A stretch of 64,000 bases of DNA from Lama guanicoe. Taxonomy: Eukaryota. Under the pieces are notes generated by a model. That model saw nothing but the letters and a program-made list of their open reading frames with translations, made no database searches and was not told where the DNA came from. Below are positions 1-12,554 of this stretch, in pieces. The first letter of the stretch is position 1. Every line of letters begins with the position of its first letter. Location: assembly GCA_013239625.1 (NCBI GenBank), contig MU054323.1:1054001-1118000 (forward strand). The letters run 5' to 3'. The translations under genes and the position numbers were made by a program.

Positions 1-470
1 CCCACCCCCACCGCCCCAGCATGGCCAGCTCCTCCTCTCTCCTCTCTCCTTATTTCATGAGGAAGTGAGAGGCTGACTAACCTGGACTCAAGCCTGGGCA
101 GAAGGCGGAGACCAGCGCCCCTTTCTCAGGATGCCCATGCGGGCACGGGCGCAGCTGATGCTGAGGCAGTATTTTTTCATTTTATTTCTACTGCTTTCAG
201 TGTGTCTCCACAGAGTTCAATCTGGAATCCCTCAATCAGAGGGAATGGGAGGTGCTCTGTAGGGCTGTATTTGCCCTAAACTTTGGTCACATTTCCATCA
301 AATGCCTCGAATACATCTAAACACACCTACCTCACTCTCCCTCCCAGTATAAAGGGGAGAATTAAGTGAAGAGATTCTAAAGTCACTGACGTTTTCCCAC
401 CTAGGAACACCTCTTCTTGTCATTAGAACTACTTCTAAAGTACAGATGAGTGACGTCAGGGTAAGTTTCT
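1..470. promoter_or_regulatory. Candidate promoter/enhancer motif cluster
   Basis: Repeat-free and GC-richer start. CCGCCCC at 11-17, ETS/PU.1-type GAGGAAGTGA at 59-68, AP-1-like TGACTAA at 74-80, TATAAAG at 348-354, perfect CRE palindrome TGACGTCA at 451-458. Motif matches only. Confidence 0.3.
405..460 (+). other. Candidate exon (56 nt)
   Basis: Branch-like CACTGAC at 384-390, acceptor gttttcccacctag|G, donor AGG|gtaagt at 460/461. Confidence 0.3.
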
Positions 471-1091
471 GATGATCTTTCCTATAAACCAAATGCATGA
501 GCTCCTGTGTGGACTTCACAGATTACAGCTACGTTCCAGATTAATCACCTGGATAAAAAACGTATTGTCCAATTTTACACTTGCCTTTTGGTATCCAAGA
601 AGCATAAATTTTACCTAAATTTTAATAAATAGAGCAGTATTAAAAAGAAAAATAATTTCTTCATAAGCATGTCATTTAATATGCTCTATTACAAATGATA
701 GCTTTATAAAGGGTTGCCTACCTGCGATACCACTCCAGTGATCATAGCTGGAACCACATTAGGGCTTGTTCCTAAATAGGTCTGACTGATTCACGTATTA
801 GCTACACATAGAATACTGTTTCCTCTGCCTGTCATCTATCTTGTTGAGGGCTTATGTGGCAATCTGTTAGATCAGGAAGACTCATCCTCTGGGCCACTGG
901 TAAAAATAAACATTCCCTTGGCATTGTGTGGATTAGTCTGATCTGTGAATTTGATGAATAAATGCAGATGTTAAGAGAAATGCTCTGTGCTCCCTACCCC
1001 ATTATCCTAATAAAGGCTGGATTTTTAAAAATGGAAATTACAGGCAAGAGCTTGAGATGTAATTTCTTTAAATGAGATTTCTGTTGGCCAG

Positions 1092-1145
1092 TGGAATAAG
1101 AACGGTGGAACCTTTTATTTTTTCTTCACTCTATTGCTGCCTTTG
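1092..1145 (+). other. Candidate exon (54 nt)
   Basis: Moderate acceptor tttctgttggccag|T and strong donor TTG|gtaagt; frame 0 open (WNKNGGTFYFFFTLLLPL). Confidence 0.25.
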
Positions 1146-1509
1146 GTAAGTTTGATCTTTCTTGTTAGGAATTAAAAACTTACAGAATACTTTAGGAGAA
1201 AAAGCTCTTTACAGTGTCCAGAAAAGTGAGAAAATCTAATTTAATCCTCCTGAAAAGTACATCTTACAGCGCTAGACTGGTATAGCATTTTGAATGCATG
1301 TCAATTACCTATTTGGAACATTCAATTTGAATGTTTTTCTTAAGGGACATTCTTTTATGACCTTAAACAATAATAGCACTAAGTAATCTGAGATGAAAAT
1401 CATGTGTTATTCATAAAGGAAAAGTAATACTCCTTTACCTTCGTACTCTGCTGTTCCGTTTATAAATCTCCCTCCCCTGACCTTTCATCTGACCCTCCTT
1501 ATAGTTTTG

Positions 1510-1620
1510 TGTGGACAAGGTAATTGAGTGCTGAGAGGTTAAGAGACTCACCCCATGTCATGCTGCTACTGAGCAGCACGGGCATGGATGGAAATGGGCC
1601 TCAGCTTTTGATTCTCAATT
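1510..1620 (-). mobile_element. MIR SINE fragment
   Basis: gagtgctgagaggttaagagactcaccccatgtca resembles the reverse complement of the MIR core. Confidence 0.6.
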
Positions 1621-1929
1621 CCTTTTCACCTCCTTTTTGAAATTTAACAGCACACATCCATATGTGTGCCAGGTTAAGATCCCGAGCCCAGACGTCTCAG
1701 GGATGTAGAGGGCAGGCTGATCTCTGCTTTCTGGGACTTTCATTTCACTTAGGGGAAGACAGACCAAAGCCACTTAACAAACAAATGTGATACTATCAGA
1801 TAATTACAAGCGAGGAAGGAAAAAATAACTTGGGGTTGGGGAGGCCAGTTACTCGGCCAATTTATCCAGGGTGGTGACGGAAGGTCTATCAGCTAGGAAT
1901 CATTCAAACTGAAAACCTCAGTTAAAGTA

Positions 1930-2310
1930 GTTTAAAGTACAGGAACATTATCTCACATGATCAAACCTGGAGGTGAGACATCTGGGGGTTGGTTGACTCA
2001 CCAATAAAACAGTGTCAAGCTCTGGAATGTTTCTGGCTTTCCTCTCCCAGGTGTAGGACGGCTGCTCTGGTTCCAAGCAGCAGGTCCTGACTTAATAAAA
2101 GAAGGTATGGACTTTGTTGTTTCCTTTGTGAAGAGGAAGGAAAAGTCCCAAATATTCCGTCTTTCATGTGGCTGGATGGCATCACATGGCCAAGCCTAAA
2201 CCCATCCCTGGCAAGGAGAATGAGATTATCAAGATTGGTCTGGATTAATCAACAGTCCTACCAGAACAGCACGGCCTCACAGAAAACATGGGCAACGGAC
2301 ACCTGAACAA
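1930..2310 (-). mobile_element. Old MaLR LTR (MLT1J/K/L-like)
   Basis: tcacatggccaagcctaaacccatccctggcaaggagaatgagattatcaagattggtctggattaatca is typical of antisense old MLT1 LTRs. Confidence 0.5.
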
Positions 2311-2434
2311 AGCCGACCGAGAGGCCTTTCTGAGGCAGTGGTATTCGAGCTGATGTTTGAATGAACCGAAGGAGGCCACTGGATGAAAAGGGAGGGGAGC
2401 ATCACACGCCAGGCAGCCTCATGATGCCCCATGT

Positions 2435-2635
2435 TTCCTGAGCACCTTATCCAGTCCAGGCACTGCTTTAACTGCTATTTGTATTAACTCATTTAATACA
2501 GGAACACGACTATGAGGCAGTTTCTATTGCTTTTTCCCCATTTTACAGATTAGAAGACTGAGGCCCAGAAAATTATGGGGCTCTGCTTTGAACCTGGGTC
2601 ATCTGACTCCGGGTCCCATCGACTTAACCACACAC
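2435..2635 (-). mobile_element. MIR SINE
   Basis: gagcacctt...ccaggcactg...ctcatttaat...ccccattttacagattagaagactgaggcccaga...tttgaacctgggtc matches the MIR reverse complement. Confidence 0.85.
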
Positions 2636-2743
2636 TACATTGGGAAAAAAGCACAGAGATTCTGAGGCAGGAACAGCCTATTGTGCTCAAGGAACAGGAA
2701 AAAGGGCACTGTAGTGAGAATAGAGCAGGAGAAAGAGTAGTAA

Positions 2744-3226
2744 TGAAACCGTGCCCCAAAGGGTTAACGGGAACTGGTGACGGACAGAAATTCTTGAGCT
2801 TGTCATATAGCTTGTTACAAACCCCTCTGCTTGTAACCTGCCTTCTCTGACCAAGCTCGCCTTAATTTGACCCCTTCATCTCCTCCTATAGGTAATACCT
2901 CTGACATATGGGTCTAAGCTGTTTTTCAGAAACTTGGAATCAGCTCTCGTCCAGTCCCAGCCGGCTAAGGCTGGTTGGGACCATTGTCCCTAAAACTGAG
3001 CCTGCGCAGAACCCCAATTCCCTCACCTTTTCCCACACCTAAGACCACCCTGCTTCTTTATCCCATAAATATGTCAGGCCCCTTGCCTCCAGGGAAGTGG
3101 GCCAGAGATTTGTTCTCCTGTTTCCTCACTTGGCTGCCTTGTGAATAAACCCTTTCTCTGCTGCAAACCTTGGTGCCTCGGTGTTTGATTTGCTGAACAT
3201 CGGGCAAACAGACCTGGTTTGGTAGA
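2744..3226 (+). mobile_element. ERV1-class solo LTR
   Basis: Starts TGAAACC, has a TATA-like cataaata near 3065 and a poly(A) signal gaataaaccctttctctgctgcaaacc near 3144, with a typical U5 ending. CpGs are retained (relatively young). Possible 4-bp TSD GTAA/GTAG. Confidence 0.75.
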
Positions 3227-3392
3227 GTAGCATGAAAAGAAATCCACCCGTTGGGGCAAGGGCTAGATCATGAAGGGCGTTGCAGACCACAATTAGGAGT
3301 CTGGATTTTATTTTCAAAGCCTTGGAGAACAATTGGGAAGTTTTAAGCAAGGGAATAACCTAATATGATTAATATTTGGAATTAAAAATGAT

Positions 3393-3899
3393 TGTGTTAG
3401 TCAAGGTTTCCTAGAGAAACAGAACCAATAGGAAATGTCTCTATTTCTATAGCTCTTATCTATCTGTCTGTCTGTCTGTCTACCTATCTATCTATCATCT
3501 ATCTATCCTGTCTACCTATATAACTATATCTACAGAGATTTATTTTAAGGAATTGGCTCATGTGATTGTAAAGGCTGCAAGTCTGAAAGTTTCAAATCCA
3601 TAGGGGAAGACTGCAGGCTGGAAATTCAGAGTTGACGTTGCAGTCTTGTGTCCAAATTCCACAGAGCAACAAGACAGAAACTCAGGCAAGTGAGGGGAAT
3701 GCCTTTCTTGGGAAACTTTGGTCTTTGCTCTTCAGGCTTTCAACTGATTGGATGACATCTATCCACATTATGAGAGTAAGCTGCTTTACTCAAAGTCCAC
3801 TGATTTAAATCTTAATCACATCTAAAAACTACCTTCACAGCAACAACGGTGCTGGTGTTTGACCAAAGAGCCAAGTTGATAACATAATTATCAGCCACA
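3393..3899 (-). mobile_element. MLT2 (ERVL) LTR with internal (TCTA/TCTG)n tract
   Basis: tgtgttagtcaaggtttcctagagaaacagaaccaatagg ... aaggaattggctcatgtgattgt ... gccaagttgataacataattatcagccaca correspond to both MLT2 ends. Confidence 0.9.
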
Positions 3900-4075
3900 G
3901 TAGTATATGAGAACATGGCCTATTAAATGTAAATCCTACTTCTTAACCCCCCTATTTCCATCCTTCTAAGTTTATAGCTCCCATACTAGCAAGCCCTCAA
4001 CCAATGATCCTATTACTTTGTATTTTCAATTCTGCTCCATATGTTCCTATTCCTTCAGTACCTCAGCTTAGATTC

Positions 4076-4297
4076 TGTAGGGGAGCAAAATATGCCAGCC
4101 CAAAATGAGTCTCTTTGGCATGAGGATTAATTTGGACTCATTATTTCTGAGAAACAGAAGACTCAGGAAGTCTTTCTTTTTACCTTCCCTCTAATAGCCT
4201 AAAATAATTTTGATAGAGGTCCTGTCCCCAGAATAGAGCTGTCACCAAAGATATCTGTGTCCCATTGTCTCTGCCTGGCCCCACAAATATTTGTTTA
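4076..4297 (+). mobile_element. MER34-like ERV1 LTR, 5' part
   Basis: tgtagggagcaaaatatgccagcccaaaatgagtctctttggcatgaggatta matches the MER34-family LTR start. Confidence 0.7.
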
Positions 4298-5481
4298 ATG
4301 ACTAATGACTCCTGGTCATTAGGAAGCAAGTGAAATGCTAAGATTGGGTTCCTTCCTTCACCCTATCCTACATGTACAACTCTTCCTTCATAAAAGCTTA
4401 TGATGAAATATACTCAGGCTTATAGCACATTTTCTGCCTTTAGGTTACTTCATTAGGAAAAAGCCCCAGAAACAAGTTTACTGAATACACCTGGATATGG
4501 ATCTATTTTTATGGTTTTTGAAATGAATTGCCAATGTCCAACATCATGCACACACAGTGCTCCAGTTTTATCACATCTTTGCTCGTATTGGAGATTATAA
4601 TTTCAGTTCCTTTTCTTCTACCTCACTCACCGTAGTACATCTTTATATATTAAAACTCTTATCTGGACTTGTTAATTGAATGTGCATACAAATAGTAGCC
4701 CAGAATCAAAAAGTTGCTGGTGAAAATGAAACTCCAAGTGATTACTTTAGAGAATGATTTGAGTCATCAGTTACAAATAAGGAAGAGGATAAAAATCTCA
4801 CAGAGTCTTATTTTTCAATTCTCCCCACAAAGACAGGTCTGAACAAACTGTACACAGCTTCAAATTTAGTTATTCTAGCTCTCTGGCTCCACGTAGGGAA
4901 TTGACAAAATGTTATTAAGCATTATTCCATATTGCATTGTAGCAGTTTCAGCATTTATCTAAAATTAAAGAGGAAGAATTGGAGGAAGTACTAGAGCCCG
5001 ATTAGAATTTCAAGACAGCCTCAGTTTGTTCTGAAACTGTCAGGCTGCTTCTCGGAGAAGCCCCATTCAACCTGATAATTAGCTTATGACTGAATTGTTC
5101 AGATCCATGATGAGCTTCACCAGGACCCTCTTCTCTCCACGCTCTACTAAAGATAACTGGTTACCGACTCAGACTAAAGTTTGAACCAGTAAGATTCTCT
5201 CCAACTCTGATATGTAATTCATACGAGATGTCACTTGAAAATTAAATAAAGATGATAATATAGGGAACCCCCTGGGAAAGATTACTAAAATTAACTTATT
5301 TTATGATTGTTTCAAGAAAATCAATGCGTAGAATGTGCTAGCTTTTTAAATCAAGCATCTGAAAGTGCTGTTTTCACCATATTCTTGATTACAAACTTGA
5401 TCTGAGCCCCCATCATCTCCCAAGTTCCTAACAGCATCTTCACTGGAATATCTGCCTCTGCCTTTGTTCCAATGACCAGAG

Positions 5482-5752
5482 TGTTTTTTTTTATTAAGAT
5501 TTTATTTTTTAGAGCAGTTCTAGGCTCATAGCAAAATTTAGAAGAAGATATAGATATTTACCAGATCCCCCACGGCCTCCATACATGCATGGCCTTTCCC
5601 ATTATCAACACCCTCCAGAGAGTGGTGCATTTATTACAACTGATGAAACTATATTGACAAAAATAAACACTCAAAGCCCATAGTTTACATTCTGGTTCAC
5701 TCTGGTTTGTACATTCTGTAGGTTTGGACAAATCTATGGTACATAATCATCA
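5482..5752 (-). mobile_element. L1 3' end (L1MC1-like 3'UTR)
   Basis: Poly(T) followed by tttagagcagttctaggctcatagcaaaattt...cccattatcaaca...gagtggtgcatttattacaactgatgaa...gtacattctgtaggtttggacaaat. Confidence 0.85.
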
Positions 5753-5959
5753 GGCTTCTTAAGAATGAATATAAAGCAATGCTTCAGTAGGAGTTTCATA
5801 AGTAACTCAGAGACATTGGCCAAACCATTATTCAGGTAACAAGGCTAGCTTTGAACAAGTAAAAATTCAAAGAATATTCTTGAGTTCTTTCTGAGGAGTA
5901 TATTAAAGGATGGGCTCTAAGGAATTAAAGGTTGATTGGGGGAATTTTTAATTTATTCC

Positions 5960-7620
5960 AATAAAAATACAAACTTTTTTAATATAGTTAGACAAGTTGA
6001 TGCTAGAATTCACACGAAAAAAGTAGACATATAACAATAGCTGTAACAATATTGTAAAAGAAGACCTGTGAGGGAGGGAGGACTAGTTTTAACTGACATT
6101 AAACATACTTCCATACTTACTAAAACATACTAAGGCATGAATAGACAGACAAAAGGCCAATGGAATTAAATAGAAAGTCCAGAAGCAATTAACATATGAA
6201 AATTTAGTGTATAAAAAGGTAGTGTCTCATATCAATGAGGGAAGACGTTTTTATTAGATGGTCTTAAAGTAATTGAATATCCGTTTGGAAAGTTTAAATT
6301 AGATCATTTTCTCACATCATATGTAAAAATAAACTCCTATTGATACAAGCAAATAACAAATATACAACTATCCAAGTATTAGAAGAAAATTCTTTTATAA
6401 CCTGAGCATAAGGAAAGGCTGTCCATGACACAAAATCTAGCACCAATTAAAAAAAAAAAGATAAATTTGTCAACAAAAAAATGTTAAAAATCATGATAAA
6501 ATATCTAAGCAAAGTCACAAGAAAATAGACAAATCAGGATAAAACACTGTGGTGTATATCACAGACAAATAACTAATAACACTAAAATATAAATATTTTA
6601 ATTTTAATTGGTGGAGAGAAAACCAAAAATGGGCAAGGGATGTTAAAAATTTATAATAATATATTAAATGGCTTTTAAACATATGAAAGGATGTTCACTC
6701 TCAATCATAATAAGAGAAATGTAAATTAAAATCTACACTAAAATTTCTCACCAGTTAGACTGGAAAGACATTCAAAAGCTTGATAAAACACACTATTGTC
6801 AAAACTGCAGCAAAAGTCACTCATGCATTATTGATGGAAATAAAAATAGTGTAACAATGGAGAGAAACTTAGCAATTTCTAATAAAACTACATGTTCATG
6901 TATCTCTTATCTCAGAAATCCACTGAGAATTTACCTCTTAACCTAGAGAACTTATAAGAATTTAAATGATAATAAATATCCAATACTAGGAAAATGAATT
7001 TATGTACAGTTATTTTTTACAACATTATTGGTAATTGCAAGATTTGGAATCAAACTAAATGCCCAAATACAGGATATTGATGAAATAAACTTCTTCATCC
7101 GCAAATAGGAGTGCTATACAGCCATAAAAATGAAGAAAGAAGGTATGTATGAACAGATAGAGAGTGAATTCCATGATATATTAAGTGAAAACAACACAAC
7201 ATATGTATATATCTATATATCTATATCTGTATCTGTATACATATACACACATATATATATAATGTGCTAACTTTTGAGTAAAGAAGAAGGTAAAATAAAG
7301 TAAGATACACATATCTGCTTACTGCTGCATGAAATATAGGAAAAATAAACAAAAAATGAATTTGGTTGTTTGCAAGGGATGAAATAAAAACTGAGCAGAA
7401 GATTGTTTGAGCATCTTTTTTTGCATAGTTTTGACTTTTAAAAGTATGTTAATGCTCTATAAATTAAAACATATATATATGTTTCATTATATATATACAT
7501 ATATAATGAAATCAACAGGAATGGGATAAAAGAAAAATCTAAATTGTAAACAGAAATAAATGAACCCTACTTTATTTCAAATTAATAATATAACATACAG
7601 AAATGACATATCTGGTATGA
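5960..7620 (+). mobile_element. Old L1 (L1MC/MD-type), degenerate ORF2 3' part plus 3'UTR
   Basis: A-rich with L1 landmarks: gacaagttgatgctagaattc, caatggaattaaatagaaagtccagaa, aaacatatgaaaggatgttcactctca, aaactaaatgccca. No open frame. Confidence 0.85.
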
Positions 7621-7745
7621 AAATTGGAAGAAGGAAGTTGTTTGCTTCATGTTTAAATGATAGTCCAGCCATTTTCACAAAGAATGTGTCCTTCCAGATC
7701 CCAACTGTTCATATGTAAAAAGCATATTCAAGGTAGAGGCTGCAC

Positions 7746-7785
7746 GTGTATGTGTGTGTGTGTGTGTGTGTCTGTGTGTGTGTGT
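7746..7785. repeat. (TG)n microsatellite
   Basis: About 20 TG units with interruptions. Confidence 0.95.
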
Positions 7786-7814
7786 ACCCCTACACTCTAT
7801 TAATATGTACATGG

Positions 7815-8405
7815 AAGAATGAGTGGATTGAACTAGAGAAGTCCTAAATTCAAATCCACACTTATAATTAACTATGAGAAAGAGAAGACAAGAAAACAAT
7901 CCCACTTAAAATCACATCAAAAAGAATAAAATAACCTAGTAATAAATTTAACTAAGGAGATAAAAGACCTAAACTCTGAGAACCTTAAAACACTGACAAA
8001 GGAAACTGAAGATGATACAAGGAAATGGAAAGATATCCCATGTTCATGGACTGGAAAAACTAATATTGTTAAAATACCCACACTACCCAAGGCAATCTGC
8101 AGATTTAATGCAATCCCTATCAAAATACCCATGATATTTTTCACAGAACTAGAACAAACAATCCTACAATATATGTGGAAAACACAAAAGATCTCGAATA
8201 GTCAAAGCGATATTGAGAAAAAAGAACGAAGCTGGAGTTATCATGCTTCCTGACTTTTGACTACACTTACCACAAAGCTACAGTAATCAAATCCCAGAAG
8301 TGGGATTTAGGGAGAGTAACTCAACCTCTAGTTTCCTCATATGCAAAATGTAGTGATTAGTGCAATCACAAAGAAAGATTATACTGAGGATTCGATGAGA
8401 TAATC
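7815..8405 (+). mobile_element. MIR SINE split by an L1 fragment
   Basis: Left half ...cctaaattcaaatcc...ttaactatgaga (to ~7879) and right half tttagggagagtaactcaacctctagtttcctcatatgcaaaatg (from ~8306) are colinear with the MIR core. Confidence 0.7.
7880..8291 (+). mobile_element. Internal L1 ORF2 fragment without 3'UTR or poly(A)
   Basis: Translates to [78 protein letters not shown], the L1 ORF2 region downstream of the RT domain. Confidence 0.95.
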
Positions 8406-8600
8406 TGGTTTAGAGCACAGGTTGTAAAATTCTACTCCTGGGTTCAAATCCTGGCTCAATCTCATTCTAATTTTGGAATTGACACAATATTTAACTTCTT
8501 TGAATCTAAGTTTCTTCTTCTGTAAAACTGAAAACATAGTCATATCTGCAACCTAAATTTAAGGTAGAGACTAAATGAATGTATTCATTCAAATAAGTGA
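8406..8600 (+). mobile_element. MIR SINE
   Basis: ggtttagagcacagg...cctgggttcaaatcctggctc...aagtttcttcttctgtaaaa. Confidence 0.8.
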
Positions 8601-11149
8601 GGCCATTCACGTAAAGGATTTCACTGGAATGAAAGCATCACAAAAAGACAGGTTCTTTTTCATTTTATTAAGTGCTGCATCTTTAATCCTAGACGCTACT
8701 TGGCACACATCCAGCACTCATCACACATCTGCGAAATGAATGAATAAAAATCTCTTCCTGGCCCCCAGTACACAAAAAGTACATAAATGTTAGCTGTGTT
8801 GTCATTTTCCCCATAATTCTGGACATGCTCATTATTATTAATGTATATAAACATGCTTTGGCTTCAAAAATAAGTGAGAAAATGTAGACAATCCCTTTTA
8901 CTTTCAACAGGTAATGTTGACATTCATTGTGTCAAGGGGCAAAAATCTGGGAAAAAAGTGGTTTGTTGGTGGAAAAGATTACACACAGTCCTTTCTTGAC
9001 TGATGTGTCCACATTGGTTACTGTGGTGCCTCCCATACCCTGCTCTCTGACAGCTTGAAGAGGGAACATTTTTTTTAAAAGGCATCCAAAAGCTAAAAAT
9101 ATTCAGTCTGAAACTACAAAAATGAGGTAGAAGCTCTGAGTATCAGTAATTGATCCCTTTGAAGTTTTATGTTAGGAGAAACTCAGGCCCCTAACAGAAG
9201 CTCCCGATCTCATTAGGGGAAAAGTAAATCCTTTAGAAATAAGGTTTAATAACAGGTTTAAGTTCTCCTCGAGAAAAAGTCTTGGCTAGATTACACCCCA
9301 GAGCCGTATTTCTTGCAAACTCTGACATCTGAAAATTCTTGACTGAGTAATGAAACAGTCTTGGGAAGAAAAAGCGAATTTATAGTTGGAAGAGGAAATC
9401 CAAACTCTTGCTGGAAATCCAGCCTACACTGTGCACTTTCACGCCAGCATGATTCAAATCAGGGAGGGTTTTGTTTTGGCTCTGCTCAGTTAAGAAATTA
9501 TTTACTTTGGAAATGAGAAACTTTATAATGGAATAAAATATCATGGTTCAAAATAACAAGTGGAAGTGTGTGGCACAAAGACCAACATGGACTTAGTGCT
9601 TCTGTAATGAAAAACCTTCATCTGGCTTTTAAGAATTTTATCTAGAAAAAGCCTAGGTCTAGTTCCAGCTCTGAAGCTACCTTGGGCAGGTTGCTTCTCC
9701 TTCTAAACCAGTTTCCTCCCTTTTAAAATACCAAGGGGATAAAAGAGGCAAGTTGAATTAAATTTTTTTAAAGCTTCCTTCCAGCTTTTCAGTAACTACA
9801 AAAGTGAGTTCAAAACAGACACCATAGTTCATCCATAACACAACACACATGTGGCAATGGTCTGCCAGAGCCTTCCTCTGCCCTGGGGGCGGGAAGGGCG
9901 GTGGTGATACTCACCAGCATCTTCAAACCTGTTAGGTCCATTTCACCTTTAGAATCCTAACTTCCCAAGCTTAAATAGCAACTCCCACTGCTAATATCAG
10001 AAAGCCTTACTAGTTCCTTTGGACAAAATTTTCCCTGTACCATCATACGTATGCCACAGTTCAAATAGTGAGCTAGTCTGCCTTCCATTAGAAACTCTCA
10101 GATAGAGATCTGTCTCCTTCCTGTACTGATGATCCCAGAAGATGAAGGCACACTATGGGATCCCTGCTGCTCCCGGCACAGCATTGCTCACCTCTCAGCA
10201 CTCTAAAATGACTTTATGATCCATTCAGAACACAACACGCTTCTTGATAGTCCAAAAAAAAGTTTTTATATACTTATTTGCAATATATAATAAGCTTTTC
10301 TTTCCAGCCAGAACAAAATTTCCTTTAAAAATGCATCAGATCAGTTGAAAATGTCTCACTTTGGTGGGATTCAAAACGTCTGTTACTAAAAGTTTGGTTT
10401 TGTTTTTATTTTCTGAAAGATAATTCTTTGGAATGACAATCACTTCAGTGATGAAGCAGGTACGTAAGAAGAGAGTCAGCTTATTCCCTCCCGAGGTTCG
10501 CTCTGACTACGCTCAGGTGTACCTCCCTTTCACAATCTAATTTCAGGCTGGTGGGTCACTGACTATGAAAACTTTTTGCCCAGAGTTCAGGCAGTGCCTC
10601 TTTTTGGGGTGAGGTTATCACTCCTCTCCCCTCTGCCCTGACACTGACTGGTGTGAAGCTGACTCCTGCCCTTGTCCATGCAGCCGTGTGGGAACTGCAT
10701 TTGGGCTCAAATGGACCACTCACTACACTTTTATGAGTGACTGCATGCTCCACTGAACAGATGCGGAGGGTGGAGTGGGTGGAACCCACATCTATCCCAG
10801 AAAAACTCATGTTTTCCATTCCAGCTTTTTTCTGAAAAGCCACATTTTTATGAGGTAAAGACTACTGACAGTCCGGTCTATCATGTGCTACCAGCCATTA
10901 ATGAGGCCGTTTTTTTGATACCCATTGGGCTAGTTTTCCTTGATTGTACCCTCCCTCTGCTAGCACCTTGGAGGGGAAAAGAAATGCGCTACAGAGCGAT
11001 CCTCCAAGCATTGATCGGGACAAACCCAAAGCTTCCCCTGATGCTCTCTAGACTCTACAGCAAGGTTTTTAAGATGTATATTCTGTTTACAATTCATAAT
11101 TTCTCCTGTTTTTTGGTCTTTGTTCTATATTTAATAAATTTCTGGTGCT

Positions 11150-11950
11150 TTTGCTGTGGCTTCTCTCATGTGTTGGGTCTGTTATTTTGAGTTACCTCTT
11201 GGTGACTTTGATTGTCAAGTCATTAATTCAAGAAGCTTGTGAGAGCTGTAATCCCTAACTTCTGTCATGTTAGCACATTTCTGCCTTTGTACTTAAATAG
11301 CAACATGACTGGATGCAGTATTTCTAGATTAGATTTCTTCTCTTCAAAATATTGACATTGAGCCATTATCTTCTTATACTAAATTTTGTTGTGGAGAACT
11401 GTGAGGCCAGCCAGGTTCTCTCCATTTTTAGGTGACCGTTTTGCTCTACCTAAATACAAAATAATTTTTCTTTGCCCATTAAACTCAGTAACTTATCTAG
11501 AATATCATCTATTTTTAATAAAAATGCATAATTTCTTCTGTTACATTTTATCTGAAAATTAAGCACTTTAATTTCAGAGTTCTTTACTTCAAAATAACTC
11601 TTTTCTTTATGATGTATTTTTTTCTATTTTTCATAGTTAACATTTTTGTATAATTATTTTAACATTCCACTTTTTTCTTTATATTTCCTCAGATTTTTCA
11701 AATGTTTTCTTTACACTATTAGTTTGATTAATTTAATTACCCTATGTCAGCTTTTTCCTTAAATGTGTATATTAGATCAATTGTGAGGCTGTTTAAGATT
11801 TTAGTATGTTCCTTCAAGTTGTAATAACCCTGTCTTTGAATTTATTTTCTTAAAGTCTTATATGCTGCAAGTACCCAACAGGATTCAGTTTCTCTTTCTC
11901 AAACTTTGTTTTTCTTGAAACTATGTTCTACTTTCGTATTTCAGTCTACT
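11150..11950 (-). mobile_element. Ancient L1M/HAL1 ORF1-region remnant
   Basis: gactggatgcagtatttctagatt...tttcttctcttcaaaatattga...ccattatcttct...gttgtggagaactgtgaggccagcc resembles antisense old L1 ORF1; T-rich. Confidence 0.55.
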
Positions 11951-12554
11951 GCAATTTATTAATTATTTTAAAATATGTTTTTATGTCACATATTTATTAT
12001 ATTATTTCCTTAGATTTCCATGAAATCTGTCCAGCCCTCCTATCTGATCAGTAGATAGAGATGTTTTCTTTGACACTTTTCCTGCCTTATATGAGACCAC
12101 TTGCCTATCCTTTGATCTAGGTTTGAGGATTCACTGATGCTTTCTACTTATCTTATTGTAGTTTGAGAAGGAAGAGTTGGCAGAAATGGTAACTCTTTCT
12201 TCATTTGGTGGCTGCCAGTATTGTTTTGATTATGCTTTTTTTCATTGTGTCATTTCTATAGTTTCTTATTCATTCACTGGCCAGTGGGACACAGAGTATG
12301 TGATTAGGCATCATTCCGACAACTCTGCTCAGAGATCTGGCTCCTCTACCCAAGTCTGTTTTAAACCTGGCACTGAACACTGGACCTAAAGCTTAACTGT
12401 GGTCTGGCCATGTGATGCACATTGATGGGTTCACTTCATTCTAGACACTACACTAATGTTTCTGTAGTTTCTTTCTAGGTGATCTCATCACAAATTACAG
12501 ACACATGCATACACACATAAATACATATGCACATATATGTAATCCACATACATA

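Larger units (their letters stand above)
1640..3390 (-). mobile_element. L2 LINE 3' region, broken up by later insertions (MLT1, MIR, ERV1 LTR)
   Basis: Colinear L2-like pieces at about 1640-1910, 2320-2410, 2650-2743 and 3235-3390 (e.g. ggctagatcatgaagggc...ggattttatttt...gaagttttaagcaagggaa). Confidence 0.65.
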
